Below, in pieces: positions 1 through 10,368 of a stretch of DNA of 64,000 nucleotides. The translations under genes and the position numbers were made by a program. The notes under the pieces were generated by a model. That model was not told where the DNA came from, ran no database searches, and worked only from the letters and a program-made list of their open reading frames with translations. Position 1 is the first letter of the stretch. Each line of letters starts with the position of its first letter. This stretch comes from Candidatus Bathyarchaeota archaeon (GTDB taxonomy: Archaea; Thermoproteota; Bathyarchaeia; Bathyarchaeales; Bathycorpusculaceae), in the NCBI GenBank assembly GCA_963707955.1, contig OY970176.1, positions 1,440,001 to 1,504,000 on the forward strand, given 5' to 3'.

Positions 1-409
1 TGCGAATGGAGTTTTCTTTAGCGATCTTCCGCCAGCTGTCCAAGTACTTGTTAGAATCACTGTACCAGACGTTGGCAAGTCCTCGTTTCTCAGGCGGAAT
101 TCTGTCCCAATCAATAGGACTCTTCGGGCCCAACATGAAGATGAATGCGTCTGTGTGCTCCAGTGCAGCAGCTTGATGAGAAGGGAGGGTTTCCAAGAGT
201 TCCTTAGGAGTTTCAACAAGAGAACGCATCCAGTAATCTTCCGTTAAAAAGGTGACAAACGGTTGTGCTCCAGATTGTCGGCAGGCAAAAGCTATGTCAA
301 AAGCAAGATCAGTCGTATGGTCCCAACTATGGATCCAAACGTTTTCCCTCTCTTTGATACCCATGCATACCTCCACGACTTGATGCACAAGTTGTCTCAG
401 TTCTTCCAT
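1..409 (-). CDS. Probable aminopeptidase (M29/aminopeptidase T-like), N-terminal part; runs off the window edge
   Basis: Not in ORF track. Manual translation from ATG at 409 is open to the edge: MEELRQLVHQVVEVCMGIKERENVWIHSWDHTTDLAFDIAFACRQSGAQP..., resembling thermophilic metalloaminopeptidase N-termini. Confidence 0.6.
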   Translation of the reverse strand, partial: MEELRQLVHQVVEVCMGIKERENVWIHSWDHTTDLAFDIAFACRQSGAQPFVTFLTEDYWMRSLVETPKELLETLPSHQAAALEHTDAFIFMLGPKSPIDWDRIPPEKRGLANVWYSDSNKYLDSWRKIAKENSIR

Positions 410-639
410 ATAATGGACAACCTCATCGTAGAGACTGAGCTTCCGCGCAGATAAGTCTTTGAAAAATGACCTTGAACGCACCGCGCTTGTTGTCAAGCCG
501 CGGACACCAGTAGCCCTCGCTTATACTTAGCGAGAGTTCGACTCTCTCGCCGCCTACTGAAGCAATTTGAACAGGACGGCTCGCGCTAGAACTTTTAGTT
601 CTTGGATTTTCATAAATTCCAATATCCAAAAAAGAGAGT

Positions 640-966
640 TCAAACTCTTTGGTTGAGTTTCTGCATTTTCTTTTCTAACGCCATTTCAATATTAACGTTC
701 ATGCTTTTTGCGAGCAGAAGCGCTGTGATTATTACATCAGCAAATTCTTCTCGGAGACTCTTTTTGTCGTGGTTATCCAGTTTCTGTCTTCTCTGCAAGG
801 AGTTGTACGCCAGAACCTCTTCACAGAGTTCTCCAAACTCTTCGCCTAACTTCACAGTTCTAGCAAGAATCACCTCCTCTTTATTGGACAAACTGTCATA
901 CCTTTTTTTCAGTTTTTCATCTTCAACTTCTATGAACCTGAACAAATCATTTAGTTCCATAAACAT
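640..966 (-). CDS. MazG-like NTP pyrophosphohydrolase
   Basis: KLGEEFGELCEE...LREEFADV motif of all-alpha NTP-PPases. Confidence 0.85.
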   Translation of the reverse strand: MFMELNDLFRFIEVEDEKLKKRYDSLSNKEEVILARTVKLGEEFGELCEEVLAYNSLQRRQKLDNHDKKSLREEFADVIITALLLAKSMNVNIEMALEKKMQKLNQRV

Positions 967-972
967 CGGCTC

Positions 973-1524
973 CTAATGAGTAAGCTTCTTTGAGAGTATC
1001 CTAGGTTCTTTCCATTCTTCTCGAAGAGTGCTGTATATGCAACCGTCGAACCATTCTCCTTTGTTAAAGGCCGCTTTGCGGACTATGCCTTCTTTTACGA
1101 AGCCTGCATTTTCCAAGACTTTTTGTGAAGCTTTGTTTCTTACGTCAGTTCCTGCCTGAATCCGCACAATATCCTTGGAGAGAAACAGGTAATCTACCAT
1201 TATTTGAACGGCTTCAGAGCAGTAGCCTTTCCCCCTTTCGCTGGGAAGCATAAAATACCCGATTTCCACGTGCCTTGAGGGCTGAACGATCCAGTGGACC
1301 ATGTAACCTATTTTTGTGCCGTCTTTTTTCTCAATGATGAAGCATGTTCTTTCGGTTATCAGTGCTAACGGTGTAGGATTGTCAAACTCTCTCATCGCTT
1401 CTGTTTTCGATATCTGCTTTACAGAAACATACGCATTGGAGTCTATATCGTTCCGCAACTGCACCATGAAGTCTACGTCGTCTTTCTCTATGAGCCTCAA
1501 GTTCACGTTCCTGCCTTCAAGCAA
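973..1524 (-). CDS. GNAT N-acetyltransferase, RimJ/RimL family
   Basis: EIGY...ERGKGYCSEAV...NKASQKVLENAGFVKEG motifs. Confidence 0.9.
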   Translation of the reverse strand: MLEGRNVNLRLIEKDDVDFMVQLRNDIDSNAYVSVKQISKTEAMREFDNPTPLALITERTCFIIEKKDGTKIGYMVHWIVQPSRHVEIGYFMLPSERGKGYCSEAVQIMVDYLFLSKDIVRIQAGTDVRNKASQKVLENAGFVKEGIVRKAAFNKGEWFDGCIYSTLREEWKEPRILSKKLTH

Positions 1525-1556
1525 TTACAGTCGCCTATCCTAGTGCTTGGCTCGGT

Positions 1557-1910
1557 TCAGTGTCGCTTAGGAATGCTTTCCTTGAGAAAGTCGATTAAAG
1601 CTTTCGGAGATAGGACATCGCTTATCAAGTTCATTATTGGGGAGTCATCTACGGCGTGCATGACGTATATCAACTTATTCTTTGCATAGGCGTATCCTAT
1701 GTCAACGGAGACACTCTTGCCAATGTAACCTTGTGGATTAACGACGTAAACGACATCTGCAGCATCGACTTTTTTCAAGCATCCCAAGATCCCGCGACTG
1801 TCCGTTTTCTTTGATATCTGAAATTGGATGTTCTCCTCTTTGAGCTCATGTTCCAATCCTTCCATCTCACGAGTGAACCTGAAACTTCCGCAAACATACA
1901 ACTTTTTCAC
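1557..1910 (-). CDS. Nucleoside 2-deoxyribosyltransferase-like hypothetical protein
   Basis: KKLYVCGSFRF...KVDAADVVYVVNPQGYIGKSVSVDIGYA pattern; GTG start at 1910 preferred over the track start at 1997. Confidence 0.55.
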   Translation of the reverse strand: MKKLYVCGSFRFTREMEGLEHELKEENIQFQISKKTDSRGILGCLKKVDAADVVYVVNPQGYIGKSVSVDIGYAYAKNKLIYVMHAVDDSPIMNLISDVLSPKALIDFLKESIPKRH

Positions 1911-1999
1911 AGAATCCCTTCGAACTTCGATAGTCAAACCACTATGTTTCACAAAATCTTTTGATACACCCTTTAATATTATTCTCTCTTGTGTCACAA

Positions 2000-2456
2000 A
2001 TGAACAAAGAAATGACGGTCTCGCCTGAAGAGGAGCTCAAACTAAGAAAGTCTTTCGAGTTTGGAGCCTACCTGTTGATCACCCATTATCTCGCGAAAAA
2101 CTATGGCATAAATGAACTTGAAAGGTTTGCAAGATTCTGGGCAGAAACTGGCGCTTCGGCAGACAGAAGAAACCTAGTCGCAAAATCTAAACAAGACTTT
2201 CTTGAATTTGAGGCTAAAATAGAAAAGGTATGGGTAGGAAGAAAAGTCGAGAAATTGGACATTGAGGGCTACGTCGGCGTCGTGGAGAAGTGCCCAATCA
2301 GATTGATGAGTAATCAACAACTGTGAAGATTTGCCTTCTGACTACTTCTGCGATCACATTTGCTCCATCATCTATCCTCATGCCTACAAACTGCTGGGGT
2401 TCAGGAGCAGCATCGAAAAACTAAATGAAGGTTGCCGATTGGTCATACAATGTTGA
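2000..2456 (+). pseudogene. Cys-containing V4R/ATC-hydrolase-like hypothetical protein, frameshifted near 2320
   Basis: ORF ending ...EKCPIRLMSNQQL* continues in the +1 frame as CEDLPSDYFCDHICSIIYPHAYKLLGFRSSIEKLNEGCRLVIQC*; may be an assembly indel. Confidence 0.55.
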
Positions 2457-2692
2457 CTGTGGTATATGAAGTTGGAAGCTCAAATGGAAGAAGTATTAAA
2501 GAATCTTCGGACAAACAATTTTGGCCCCAAATTTGCGCGCGCTCGATCTCTCGTTCGAGAAGCTATACCTAGCTACCAGAAACGAAGGTCTCAACGGGAT
2601 TTCTTGTGAGACATTTTTATAGTGTCTTGAGCAAATGATTTTCTATCGTCCTTCTCGGGCGATTTGAATGAAATCATTACAGTTGATGCGGT

Positions 2693-3541
2693 ATGAAAGA
2701 AATATCTTGGAAACATTTCGGTTATCATGTGGTGTACGATGTTGATATTTGCGATGCAATAGATTTTGCAAGTCGCCATGGTTTTGGCTACGTCGTTCCA
2801 GACCTTATGATCCCGCGGTTCTTTCCAGAGCGTTTTAGCGAATCAGAAAGGCGCCATATTCGAGACTTCGCCATGTCAAGAGGCGTGTCCATCTCATTCC
2901 ATGGACCATCTGACTACCTGAATCTTGGAACTCTTTATCCGGAGGTTAGAAAAGCTGTCCTTGATCGAATGGAACTATGCTTGGACTTTGCTCAGGACGT
3001 TGGAGCCCAAAGATTCACAGTTCACATAGACCCTCCGTACGATTTCGTTTTTGCAGGGAGAAGAGGTACCTACTTGAGGGATCACTGGTCACTGTACAAG
3101 AAGGTTGTAGCAGAAAGTCTAGCTAAACTAGTTGAATTCTCTCGTGGAAGAGTCCTGATCTGTGTTGAAAACGATCGGCTGAGTAGAATTGCCATGGACG
3201 TCTTGGAAGAACTCCTTCCGACTACAAATCTCTCCTTGTGCTGGGACATACCCAAAACTCATACAGATACAGGAAAACCGATCCGTGAAGTGGAGGATTT
3301 TTTGATAGCCCACCTGGATAAGGTTAGAGAATGCCATCTTCACGATCAAAAACCAAGGAAATATTCACATGATGTCCTTGGAGTTGGAAAAATCGATTTC
3401 TCTCGCTATCTAAAACTATTGCTGCCTAGAGATGTTCACTTCACCCTCGAAGTCCGCCCCAGGGAAGATGCTCTTAAAAGTCTGAAGATACTCAAAAACA
3501 TGCTTAAGAATCTAGGTTGGAAGATTTCCACCTCGACTTGA
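2693..3541 (+). CDS. Sugar phosphate isomerase/epimerase (AP endonuclease 2 TIM barrel)
   Basis: SFHGP, TVH, ICVEN, CWDIP, ECHLHD, GVGKIDF, TLEV motifs. Confidence 0.85.
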   Translation: MKEISWKHFGYHVVYDVDICDAIDFASRHGFGYVVPDLMIPRFFPERFSESERRHIRDFAMSRGVSISFHGPSDYLNLGTLYPEVRKAVLDRMELCLDFAQDVGAQRFTVHIDPPYDFVFAGRRGTYLRDHWSLYKKVVAESLAKLVEFSRGRVLICVENDRLSRIAMDVLEELLPTTNLSLCWDIPKTHTDTGKPIREVEDFLIAHLDKVRECHLHDQKPRKYSHDVLGVGKIDFSRYLKLLLPRDVHFTLEVRPREDALKSLKILKNMLKNLGWKISTST

Positions 3542-3684
3542 CTTTAGGATGGAGATCGCGCGCGCTTCTCTATTCTGTTAATCACTTTTTTCACCGTTAT
3601 GTTTTGCCCTCGCTTCCTTTAGTCTGCGCGCTTTTAAAGTAGTTCACGAAATTAGACGTCCGTAGGAGGGAAGAGAAACATATT

Positions 3685-4332
3685 ATGACTAAACGTGTGG
3701 TGCAATTTTTTGAAAGCGCTGGTGAAGAAAACACGAACGAAGTCATCAAGACTGTGGTGGCCAGGGCTGAAGAGGGTGATATTGGAGCCGTTATAGTTGC
3801 TTCTGTCTCGGGTAAAACCTCTGTGAAGGTTGGTGAACAACTGAAAAAGCGAGGCCTAAGAATGAAAGTCATCTGCGTTAGTGGTCCGCCATCGTGGAAG
3901 AAGTACGCCTCTGAATACAAGTTTCCTCTTATAAAAGAAGAGACGAGGAAAAAATTGGATGCATTGGGGATTCAAGTGATCAGCAATGTTGAAGAACCGT
4001 TTAAGCCGATCACGTTCAGGAACTGGTGGGAAGGGAAAACAGTTGAGATGCCCCGACCCGAGTCCGACTTGTTTTGGATGACTCTGATTTGTGTCGGTGG
4101 ACATGGTTTCAGAACAGCTGTGGAAGTGGTTTTCATGGCAGAGGAGGCTGAAGTGATAAGCGCAAGAGAGATGGTCATAAGTATTGCAGGAACAGGAACT
4201 GGTGCTGACACTGCCATAGTGATGAAGACTTCAAGGTTTGAAGACGCCGTCGGTGTTGATCCAGAGAAAAGAATGAGAATCCATGAGATTCTGGCAATGC
4301 CAAGGGAAACAACTTGGATAGGGTACGGCTGA
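3685..4332 (+). CDS. Pyruvate kinase C-terminal-like alpha/beta domain protein (archaeal stand-alone family)
   Basis: FFESAGEENT...IVASVSGKT...IAGTGTGADTA; paralog of 40924-41499. Confidence 0.75.
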   Translation: MTKRVVQFFESAGEENTNEVIKTVVARAEEGDIGAVIVASVSGKTSVKVGEQLKKRGLRMKVICVSGPPSWKKYASEYKFPLIKEETRKKLDALGIQVISNVEEPFKPITFRNWWEGKTVEMPRPESDLFWMTLICVGGHGFRTAVEVVFMAEEAEVISAREMVISIAGTGTGADTAIVMKTSRFEDAVGVDPEKRMRIHEILAMPRETTWIGYG

Positions 4333-4348
4333 AAATGGGGTCATCCTT

Positions 4349-4933
4349 ATGACGGAGAAAATTGTGTTGGATTCACATGGTCGCTATTTTACCGTGAAAC
4401 CTCTGATTCTAGTCACAACACTGGGACTTAAGGGGCTTCCTAATGTAGCTCCAAAGACCCAAAACATGGATGTTGGTAGACATGAACAATACTTTGCGTT
4501 TGTCTGTACTCCTCAGCATCATACATACCAAAATGTGAAGGTGAACCAAGAGTTTGTAGTCAACTACCCCGGCCCAGAACTCATCGACAGAGTTTCTGCC
4601 GCAGCGCAACTTGCTGAAGATGTTGATGAGATAGCATTAGCAGGATTGACCAGCTTTCCTTCTATTGTTGTTAAACCTCCAAGGATCAAAGAATGCTACT
4701 TGCACTTAGAGTGCAAGCTTGTGGAGATTAAGGATCTTGAAGATGCAAGTATCATATTAGGCAAGATCGTGGCCCGTTCTGCAGATAAAGAAGCTTCCTT
4801 TGAACGTGGAAGGTCCAAAGAGAACATAAGACTCTTATCAAATCGTCCCCTCTTGGCATACGTTTATCCAGATCACTATACGAAGATCAGCGTTGCGAAC
4901 AACTTCATTTTCCCAAAGAGCTACAAGCCATAG
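4349..4933 (+). CDS. Flavin reductase family protein
   Basis: LVTT...PNVAP...HTYQN...EFVVN...KPPRIKEC...LECK. Confidence 0.85.
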   Translation: MTEKIVLDSHGRYFTVKPLILVTTLGLKGLPNVAPKTQNMDVGRHEQYFAFVCTPQHHTYQNVKVNQEFVVNYPGPELIDRVSAAAQLAEDVDEIALAGLTSFPSIVVKPPRIKECYLHLECKLVEIKDLEDASIILGKIVARSADKEASFERGRSKENIRLLSNRPLLAYVYPDHYTKISVANNFIFPKSYKP

Positions 4934-5046
4934 GTTGCGCATCTGTATGAGTGGACGAACCCTACTTTCGCATTTCGAAAGAAGTTGTTTGAGAATTCCT
5001 CAGATGGCAGTGTTGGCTCTGTGCGCGTAAGGAATAGGGCCCAAAA

Positions 5047-5268
5047 ATGGAAATGCCAAAAACAGGCCAGAAACCAGTTAAAAGGATCGTAGAGAATTGT
5101 ATTGTAGTGAAAGACATGATTGATGCCAAGCCAGTAAGATGCCAAAAGTGTGGAAAACCCTTGGGTTACGTGACGCTCGTGGCAAAAGGTTTAACGTCCT
5201 TGTCACAAACGCTTCAGAACGCGAAGATAATCGCTATTTGCATGGAATGCGCTCATAGAGAAAAATGA
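5047..5268 (+). CDS. Small zinc-finger protein
   Basis: CQKC and CMEC pairs in 73 aa. Confidence 0.6.
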   Translation: MEMPKTGQKPVKRIVENCIVVKDMIDAKPVRCQKCGKPLGYVTLVAKGLTSLSQTLQNAKIIAICMECAHREK

Positions 5269-5358
5269 TACACAACCATTGCCGCTGCTGATTGCGGCTG
5301 GCGGCCTTTTCATCTTTTTCATCCTTACTTAGTCGCAGGGAAATAGACAATGTCGCGT

Positions 5359-6162
5359 TTATGTCTGTGGAGGAGGCGGAGGAGGAATAGAAAGAGCGTC
5401 ACGTGAAGTTGGGCTCTTGCTCCGTTGGATTCTTTCAGCTGTGACACCGTCAAATTCTACAGCTTTTTCCTCGCCTGTTTTTGCGTTTCTGTACAGGACT
5501 CTAAACCTTGGAGTGTAGATTACGACTCGCTCGTCAACTTCAAAGAGTTCATTGACAAGCCGATTTATGTCCCTTGGGCGGTTGACTATTTTGGATCTTA
5601 TGAAGTCTAAATCTGCATTCGAAGCGATTTCTTCCACGCCATGTTCCGCTAGTACTTCCTTGGGATTTCTCTCCGAAGGAGCGGATGGGAGTTTTTCAAG
5701 CGTGACGTCTCGCCCAAACCGGTCTAGGATAAGGGAGGCTTTGACCTCATTCCTTAACCTCTCTTCTCCTTCGAGCCTAATCAAATTAAGGTCTCTGCCA
5801 TAGGAATCCGTCGATTGTTCGGGCTCAAACTTTTGATTCAAAAGAATAACTTCCAGAACTTCCCTGTCCACTTTAACTGAGTAAACGCACTTGCGGTAGT
5901 AATCAATAGCGTATTTTCCACTGATCATCGTATAGGGTTCATAGTACTTGTCGATGGAAACGAATTGAATCTCTTCTGGTTTAGGCTTCAAGAACCCAAA
6001 CCTAGTGAACAGCTGATCCTTGAGTTTCTCCCCGGCCACCTTTATCACGGTCGGGTCAACACGAGTCTCGTAGACGATGGTCTTCCTTTCCACTATTCTC
6101 TCATTCGCAAGTACCGTTTCAGCCGACACGACTACCTTTTCATCGGACACGGTTTCAGTCAA
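5359..6162 (-). CDS. Hypothetical protein with Pro-rich C-terminus
   Basis: Long ORF with protein-like composition; start uncertain (track gives 6300). Confidence 0.65.
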   Translation of the reverse strand: MTETVSDEKVVVSAETVLANERIVERKTIVYETRVDPTVIKVAGEKLKDQLFTRFGFLKPKPEEIQFVSIDKYYEPYTMISGKYAIDYYRKCVYSVKVDREVLEVILLNQKFEPEQSTDSYGRDLNLIRLEGEERLRNEVKASLILDRFGRDVTLEKLPSAPSERNPKEVLAEHGVEEIASNADLDFIRSKIVNRPRDINRLVNELFEVDERVVIYTPRFRVLYRNAKTGEEKAVEFDGVTAERIQRSKSPTSRDALSIPPPPPPQT

Positions 6163-6472
6163 GATTGAACCCACAAACACGTTCTTTGTTATGAATCTAA
6201 TATGGGTTATGAACCAGAAAAATGAATCACTGCTAAACATGTTACAACCCTCACCGCAGCACGAGCTAATGACGTCGGGGAAGGAACTCGAACCTTGCAA
6301 GTCAAAGGCTCATTGCCTTGCTTGGCCTCCGTTCTTCAAGTTGATTGTTTTCAGAGCTCAAGCGAGCGCTCCAAGTTGTCTGTTGCGCAAGAGCTTCGAA
6401 GATCTAGGAAGGTTTAATATGAATCTCCTTCATCTGCCTATGAAAACGTGACCAGCCGAGAAGGAGACGGCT

Positions 6473-8440
6473 TTGTCAGTCAAGCTCAAGAAACCAATCA
6501 ATGTTGTAAAGACTGTTTGCCACAGGGATTGTCCAGATACGTGCTTTGTTGACGTCATTGTTGAAGATGGCAGGATCGTATCCACGACGGGCAGTATGGA
6601 AAGCCCCATAACTCAGGGGTTTCTGTGTCCTCGAGGAGTGGGAGACCCCAAGCGGGTATACAGTGAAGACCGCGTTCTTTATCCTCACGTCAACAATGGA
6701 GGCAAATTTGGACGAGTTTCTTGGTCAGACGCTCTGGAACTGGTTGCCAAAGAATTGACTAGTATCATGGAGAATTACGGCAATGAATCGGTTTTGCTTT
6801 ATGATTATGCGGGCAACCAAGGATGTCTTAGCTGGCAGTTCTCCCAAAGACTATGGCGCGCGTTAGGCATGACGGTTACGGACGGCGCTCTGTGCAGCGC
6901 ATCCGGGCACGCTGGAATCGGACTCCACTACGGGCTCACATACGGCCTCGGATTTGAGGAAGTTCTTAATTGCGGAGCCATCCTGTTTTGGGGAAACAAC
7001 ACAAGAGTCAGTTCTCCTCACCTTTGGGCCCTTTCGCTGAGAGCGCGAAAGGAAAGAGGTGCAACGTTGATATCTATTGACCCTAGAAAGAGCGAGACCT
7101 CCGAATGCTCCGACCTCTGGGTTAACCCTCGCCCAGGCAGCGACGTAGCACTGTCTTACGGAATAGCGCGATGGCTCATTGAACACGATAAACTGGCTGA
7201 GAAATTCATCGAAGAATGGACCACTGGATACGACAAATTCAGGGAAGAAGTAAAAGGCTGGACACCTAGGCGCGTGGAAAGTGCAACAAACCTCGCATGG
7301 AAAAAAGTTGAGGAGCTATGTGAGTTACTCGTTGAGAAACCTCCTGTATGCTTCATGATAGGTCTGGGGTTAAACAAGTCGAGTTATGGCGCAGAGGCCG
7401 TTAGGGCTGTGAGTTTACTACCGGCGTTACTTGGACAGCATCGTGGATTCCACTACAGTGACTCTAGAGGCCGATTCATCGATTGGGGTTATATGAACGG
7501 CAGCAAGATGAGCAGCAAAAAGTCGAAAGTCGTTGAGCAGGTTTCGGTGGGCTCGAGATTAAGCTCTGGTGAGTTCAAGTTCGTTTTCATCAAGGGTTCC
7601 AACCCCGCTTCAACGCTTCCAAACCAGAACGCGGTACGAGCTGGTCTTTCAAGAGAAGACGTGTTTGTAGTTGTTCATGAAACACATTGGACCGAGACCG
7701 CGAAACTCGCGGATGTTGTTCTGCCCGCGGCCACGTATCTGGAGAAATCTGACCTGAATTTCTCTGACCATCACCCGTACACTCGGCTATCTACAAAAGC
7801 GATTGAGCCGCTTGAAGAGTGCAAGGACGAAGTCTGGGTCATGCAACAGCTTGCTGAGAGGTTAAGTTGCCGCGAGTCCTGGGTGTTTGAGGACTCATGG
7901 CAAGCCCTTCGAAAGGCCACGGCAGAGTCGTTTGAAAATGGAAGCTTCGATGACTTACTCAAAGGGGAGACACTGAAACTCCGGCAGCGGCCCACGAATG
8001 AGTATCAGACGCCTTCAGGGAAGATCGAACTATATTCTTCAGGAGCCCTGGAAGTAGGTGCGAGTCCCCTGCCAGCGCAGCTGCCAATCAACGGGGATGA
8101 AAGCTGGTTTACCCTACTGAACAGCTCTCTTCCCAATTGGACCCACAGCCAGTTCAGAGACGTTTACGGTCCGATTCCAGAGATCGTGTGGATCAATCCT
8201 GTTGATGCAAGTAGTCTTGGGATAGAGAACGGAGATGACGTTACCATTTTCAACGAGTTTGGAGCACTAACTGTCGAAGCAATCACAACCGAAAGGGTCT
8301 CCAAGGGAGTTCTGTGGTCGCCGAGACCTTTGACTGGGAAAAACGGTGTTCCATTAAACAGCTTGGCATCAAGTAATCCACAGATTCTTGGTGCAGGCCC
8401 TCGGTTTAACTCAATCAGAGTTAAGATCAAAACTAGTTAG
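6473..8440 (+). CDS. Molybdopterin-dependent oxidoreductase (DMSO reductase superfamily)
   Basis: N-terminal CHRDCPDTC...GFLCPRG Fe-S motif; TETAKLADVVLPAATYLEK; C-terminal molydop-binding domain. Confidence 0.9.
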   Translation: MSVKLKKPINVVKTVCHRDCPDTCFVDVIVEDGRIVSTTGSMESPITQGFLCPRGVGDPKRVYSEDRVLYPHVNNGGKFGRVSWSDALELVAKELTSIMENYGNESVLLYDYAGNQGCLSWQFSQRLWRALGMTVTDGALCSASGHAGIGLHYGLTYGLGFEEVLNCGAILFWGNNTRVSSPHLWALSLRARKERGATLISIDPRKSETSECSDLWVNPRPGSDVALSYGIARWLIEHDKLAEKFIEEWTTGYDKFREEVKGWTPRRVESATNLAWKKVEELCELLVEKPPVCFMIGLGLNKSSYGAEAVRAVSLLPALLGQHRGFHYSDSRGRFIDWGYMNGSKMSSKKSKVVEQVSVGSRLSSGEFKFVFIKGSNPASTLPNQNAVRAGLSREDVFVVVHETHWTETAKLADVVLPAATYLEKSDLNFSDHHPYTRLSTKAIEPLEECKDEVWVMQQLAERLSCRESWVFEDSWQALRKATAESFENGSFDDLLKGETLKLRQRPTNEYQTPSGKIELYSSGALEVGASPLPAQLPINGDESWFTLLNSSLPNWTHSQFRDVYGPIPEIVWINPVDASSLGIENGDDVTIFNEFGALTVEAITTERVSKGVLWSPRPLTGKNGVPLNSLASSNPQILGAGPRFNSIRVKIKTS

Positions 8441-8463
8441 CCGCGCGCTAAGGTGTTTCCGAC

Positions 8464-9180
8464 ATGAAAAACGTGTTACTGTTCGACCTCGGCAATACAC
8501 TAGTCCAATACTATGATGTGCGCGATTTTCCAGCTATTCTCAAGCAAGCCATCATCGAAGTACAAGACTACCTTTCCCAAAATGAACTTCTCCACGTTTC
8601 TGAGGATGGTTTATGGTGTAGGGTAAGAGAAGAAGATCACGAATCTAGCGACTACCGTGTTAGGCCGCTCGAGGAGCGGTTGGCGCGAATTTTCGAACTT
8701 GACAACTTGCCCAGCGATAGCCGCGTTGCAGTTGCCATGTGTAGGTGTTTCATGAAGCCCATATTTGGTCGAGGTTACTGCTATGAAGACTCCTTGCCAG
8801 CTCTCAGGGAGCTGAGGGAAAAAGGCTACAGAACGGCGATTATATCTAACACGAGTTGGGGAAGCCCAACCTATCTCTGGCGGGAGGAGCTGAACCGTTT
8901 GGGGTTGAGCACATGCGTGAACACAGTTGTGTTTTGCAGAGATGCAGGGTGGCGAAAACCTGCTAGACAAATCTTCCTTTACGCTCTGGAGAAGCTGTCT
9001 GCTCTTCCTCAAGACTGCGTTTTTGTGGGTGACGAACCGAAGTGGGACGTAGTTGGACCTCGAGCTGTTGGAATAACGCCAATACTCATTGATCGGTCAG
9101 GAGCAAGACAGTCCTCTGTTGAACCGAAACCCATCAGGACCCTTAACGAGCTTCTACACAGCTTGAGACTCTTAGAGTAG
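8464..9180 (+). CDS. HAD-superfamily hydrolase
   Basis: LFDLGNTL, ISN, RKP, FVGDEPKWD motifs. Confidence 0.9.
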   Translation: MKNVLLFDLGNTLVQYYDVRDFPAILKQAIIEVQDYLSQNELLHVSEDGLWCRVREEDHESSDYRVRPLEERLARIFELDNLPSDSRVAVAMCRCFMKPIFGRGYCYEDSLPALRELREKGYRTAIISNTSWGSPTYLWREELNRLGLSTCVNTVVFCRDAGWRKPARQIFLYALEKLSALPQDCVFVGDEPKWDVVGPRAVGITPILIDRSGARQSSVEPKPIRTLNELLHSLRLLE

Positions 9181-9369
9181 TCACGGAATAGTGTTTAGAA
9201 ACCTCGAGCAAACAGATCTCACTCCTCATCTACCGTGTAAACCGATCGTCATCTCTGAACTTTTCCTTCTGGAACTTGAAGAATCAAAACTTCTGGCTTC
9301 CGAGTAGATGTGCCTATCAGAAAGCGCGCGCACCCTTTGACCTGGCTGTAGTCAATTATGATTCTGTGT

Positions 9370-10197
9370 TCAAGCTTTAACATCCGGTTCAGAAGCCATG
9401 CGTCTCAGGGTCTCAAGGAACTCTCGTGGCGCCATTGGAAGGACGGGTTTCCCATTTAAGTAGGTTGCAACGTACGTGATCCGTCTGCGAATGGCCTCTT
9501 CAGGGAAATCCCATAGGTTGCATTCTTCGATTGGTATTTCTTTGTTCACTCTTCTGATTTCGGCCTTTATCATTTTCTCATTCGTGTGCACGCAGTACTG
9601 ACAAGTGGGTTTGAAAAATATTTTGACGCCACGTTCTTTCACGGTTCTGGGTTTTGAAGAAGGAATATCCAATTTCACATCCTTGACAGTATCAGACAAG
9701 GGAAGAACAAGCCCAACATCTGCGTTGCCCTTGATTCTTCTGAAACCCTTGTGTTTGAAAAGTCCCACTTGCGTGTATCCATGGATCTTGCTGGCTGATG
9801 TTACAAGCATCCGGCAGGGGACTTGGCGAAAGAACTTGTTCGGTCTTGACATTTCATTTATTACTGAATCCAAGAGAGCTGAACCGACGCCCCGGTGCCT
9901 GTATCTCTTTGGAACATACATGCAATGAATATAGAGGGCATCTCTCCTCTTCGTCCTGAAGTATGGAATCACATGAAGCGGAGTATACTCGATCGCCCCA
10001 ACGGGCTTGTTCGCGATGTAGGCGATTTTGGCGCACGGACCCACTGTTCTATAGAGATTCATCAACCACTTTTTTCTTATTTCACAACCTTTTCGGTAGC
10101 TCGATTCATTTCTTACGCTTGGAAATGCGCAGACATCCAAGGCATCATCAACATTCTTCTCATCAAGATCTACTACGGTTATGCTCGTATCTCGCAT
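9370..10197 (-). CDS. GNAT acetyltransferase with C-terminal thioredoxin-like CxxC domain
   Basis: IHCMYV...RHRGVGSALL; C-terminal PTCQYC. Confidence 0.75.
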   Translation of the reverse strand: MRDTSITVVDLDEKNVDDALDVCAFPSVRNESSYRKGCEIRKKWLMNLYRTVGPCAKIAYIANKPVGAIEYTPLHVIPYFRTKRRDALYIHCMYVPKRYRHRGVGSALLDSVINEMSRPNKFFRQVPCRMLVTSASKIHGYTQVGLFKHKGFRRIKGNADVGLVLPLSDTVKDVKLDIPSSKPRTVKERGVKIFFKPTCQYCVHTNEKMIKAEIRRVNKEIPIEECNLWDFPEEAIRRRITYVATYLNGKPVLPMAPREFLETLRRMASEPDVKA

Positions 10198-10368
10198 GTT
10201 ACGATAAGTCCCCTTTCACTCCGAAAACTGTTTTGGTTAAGACCAAGATTGTCGGCTAATACGCAGACTGAAACACATTATGATGCCAGCTACGATTGTT
10301 ACATAGTGCACACGAAGATCAAGGTCTTCCCGTCGAAAACGCTCAAAATCTAGCCTCAATTGGTAAAA

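Noticed and set aside
423-629. 68-aa ORF between the aminopeptidase and MazG genes
   Set aside because: No motif or other support; probably spurious
1-10368. Archaeal integron cassette array
   Set aside because: Genes are in mixed orientation, and no integrase or repeated attC-like hairpins could be identified by eye
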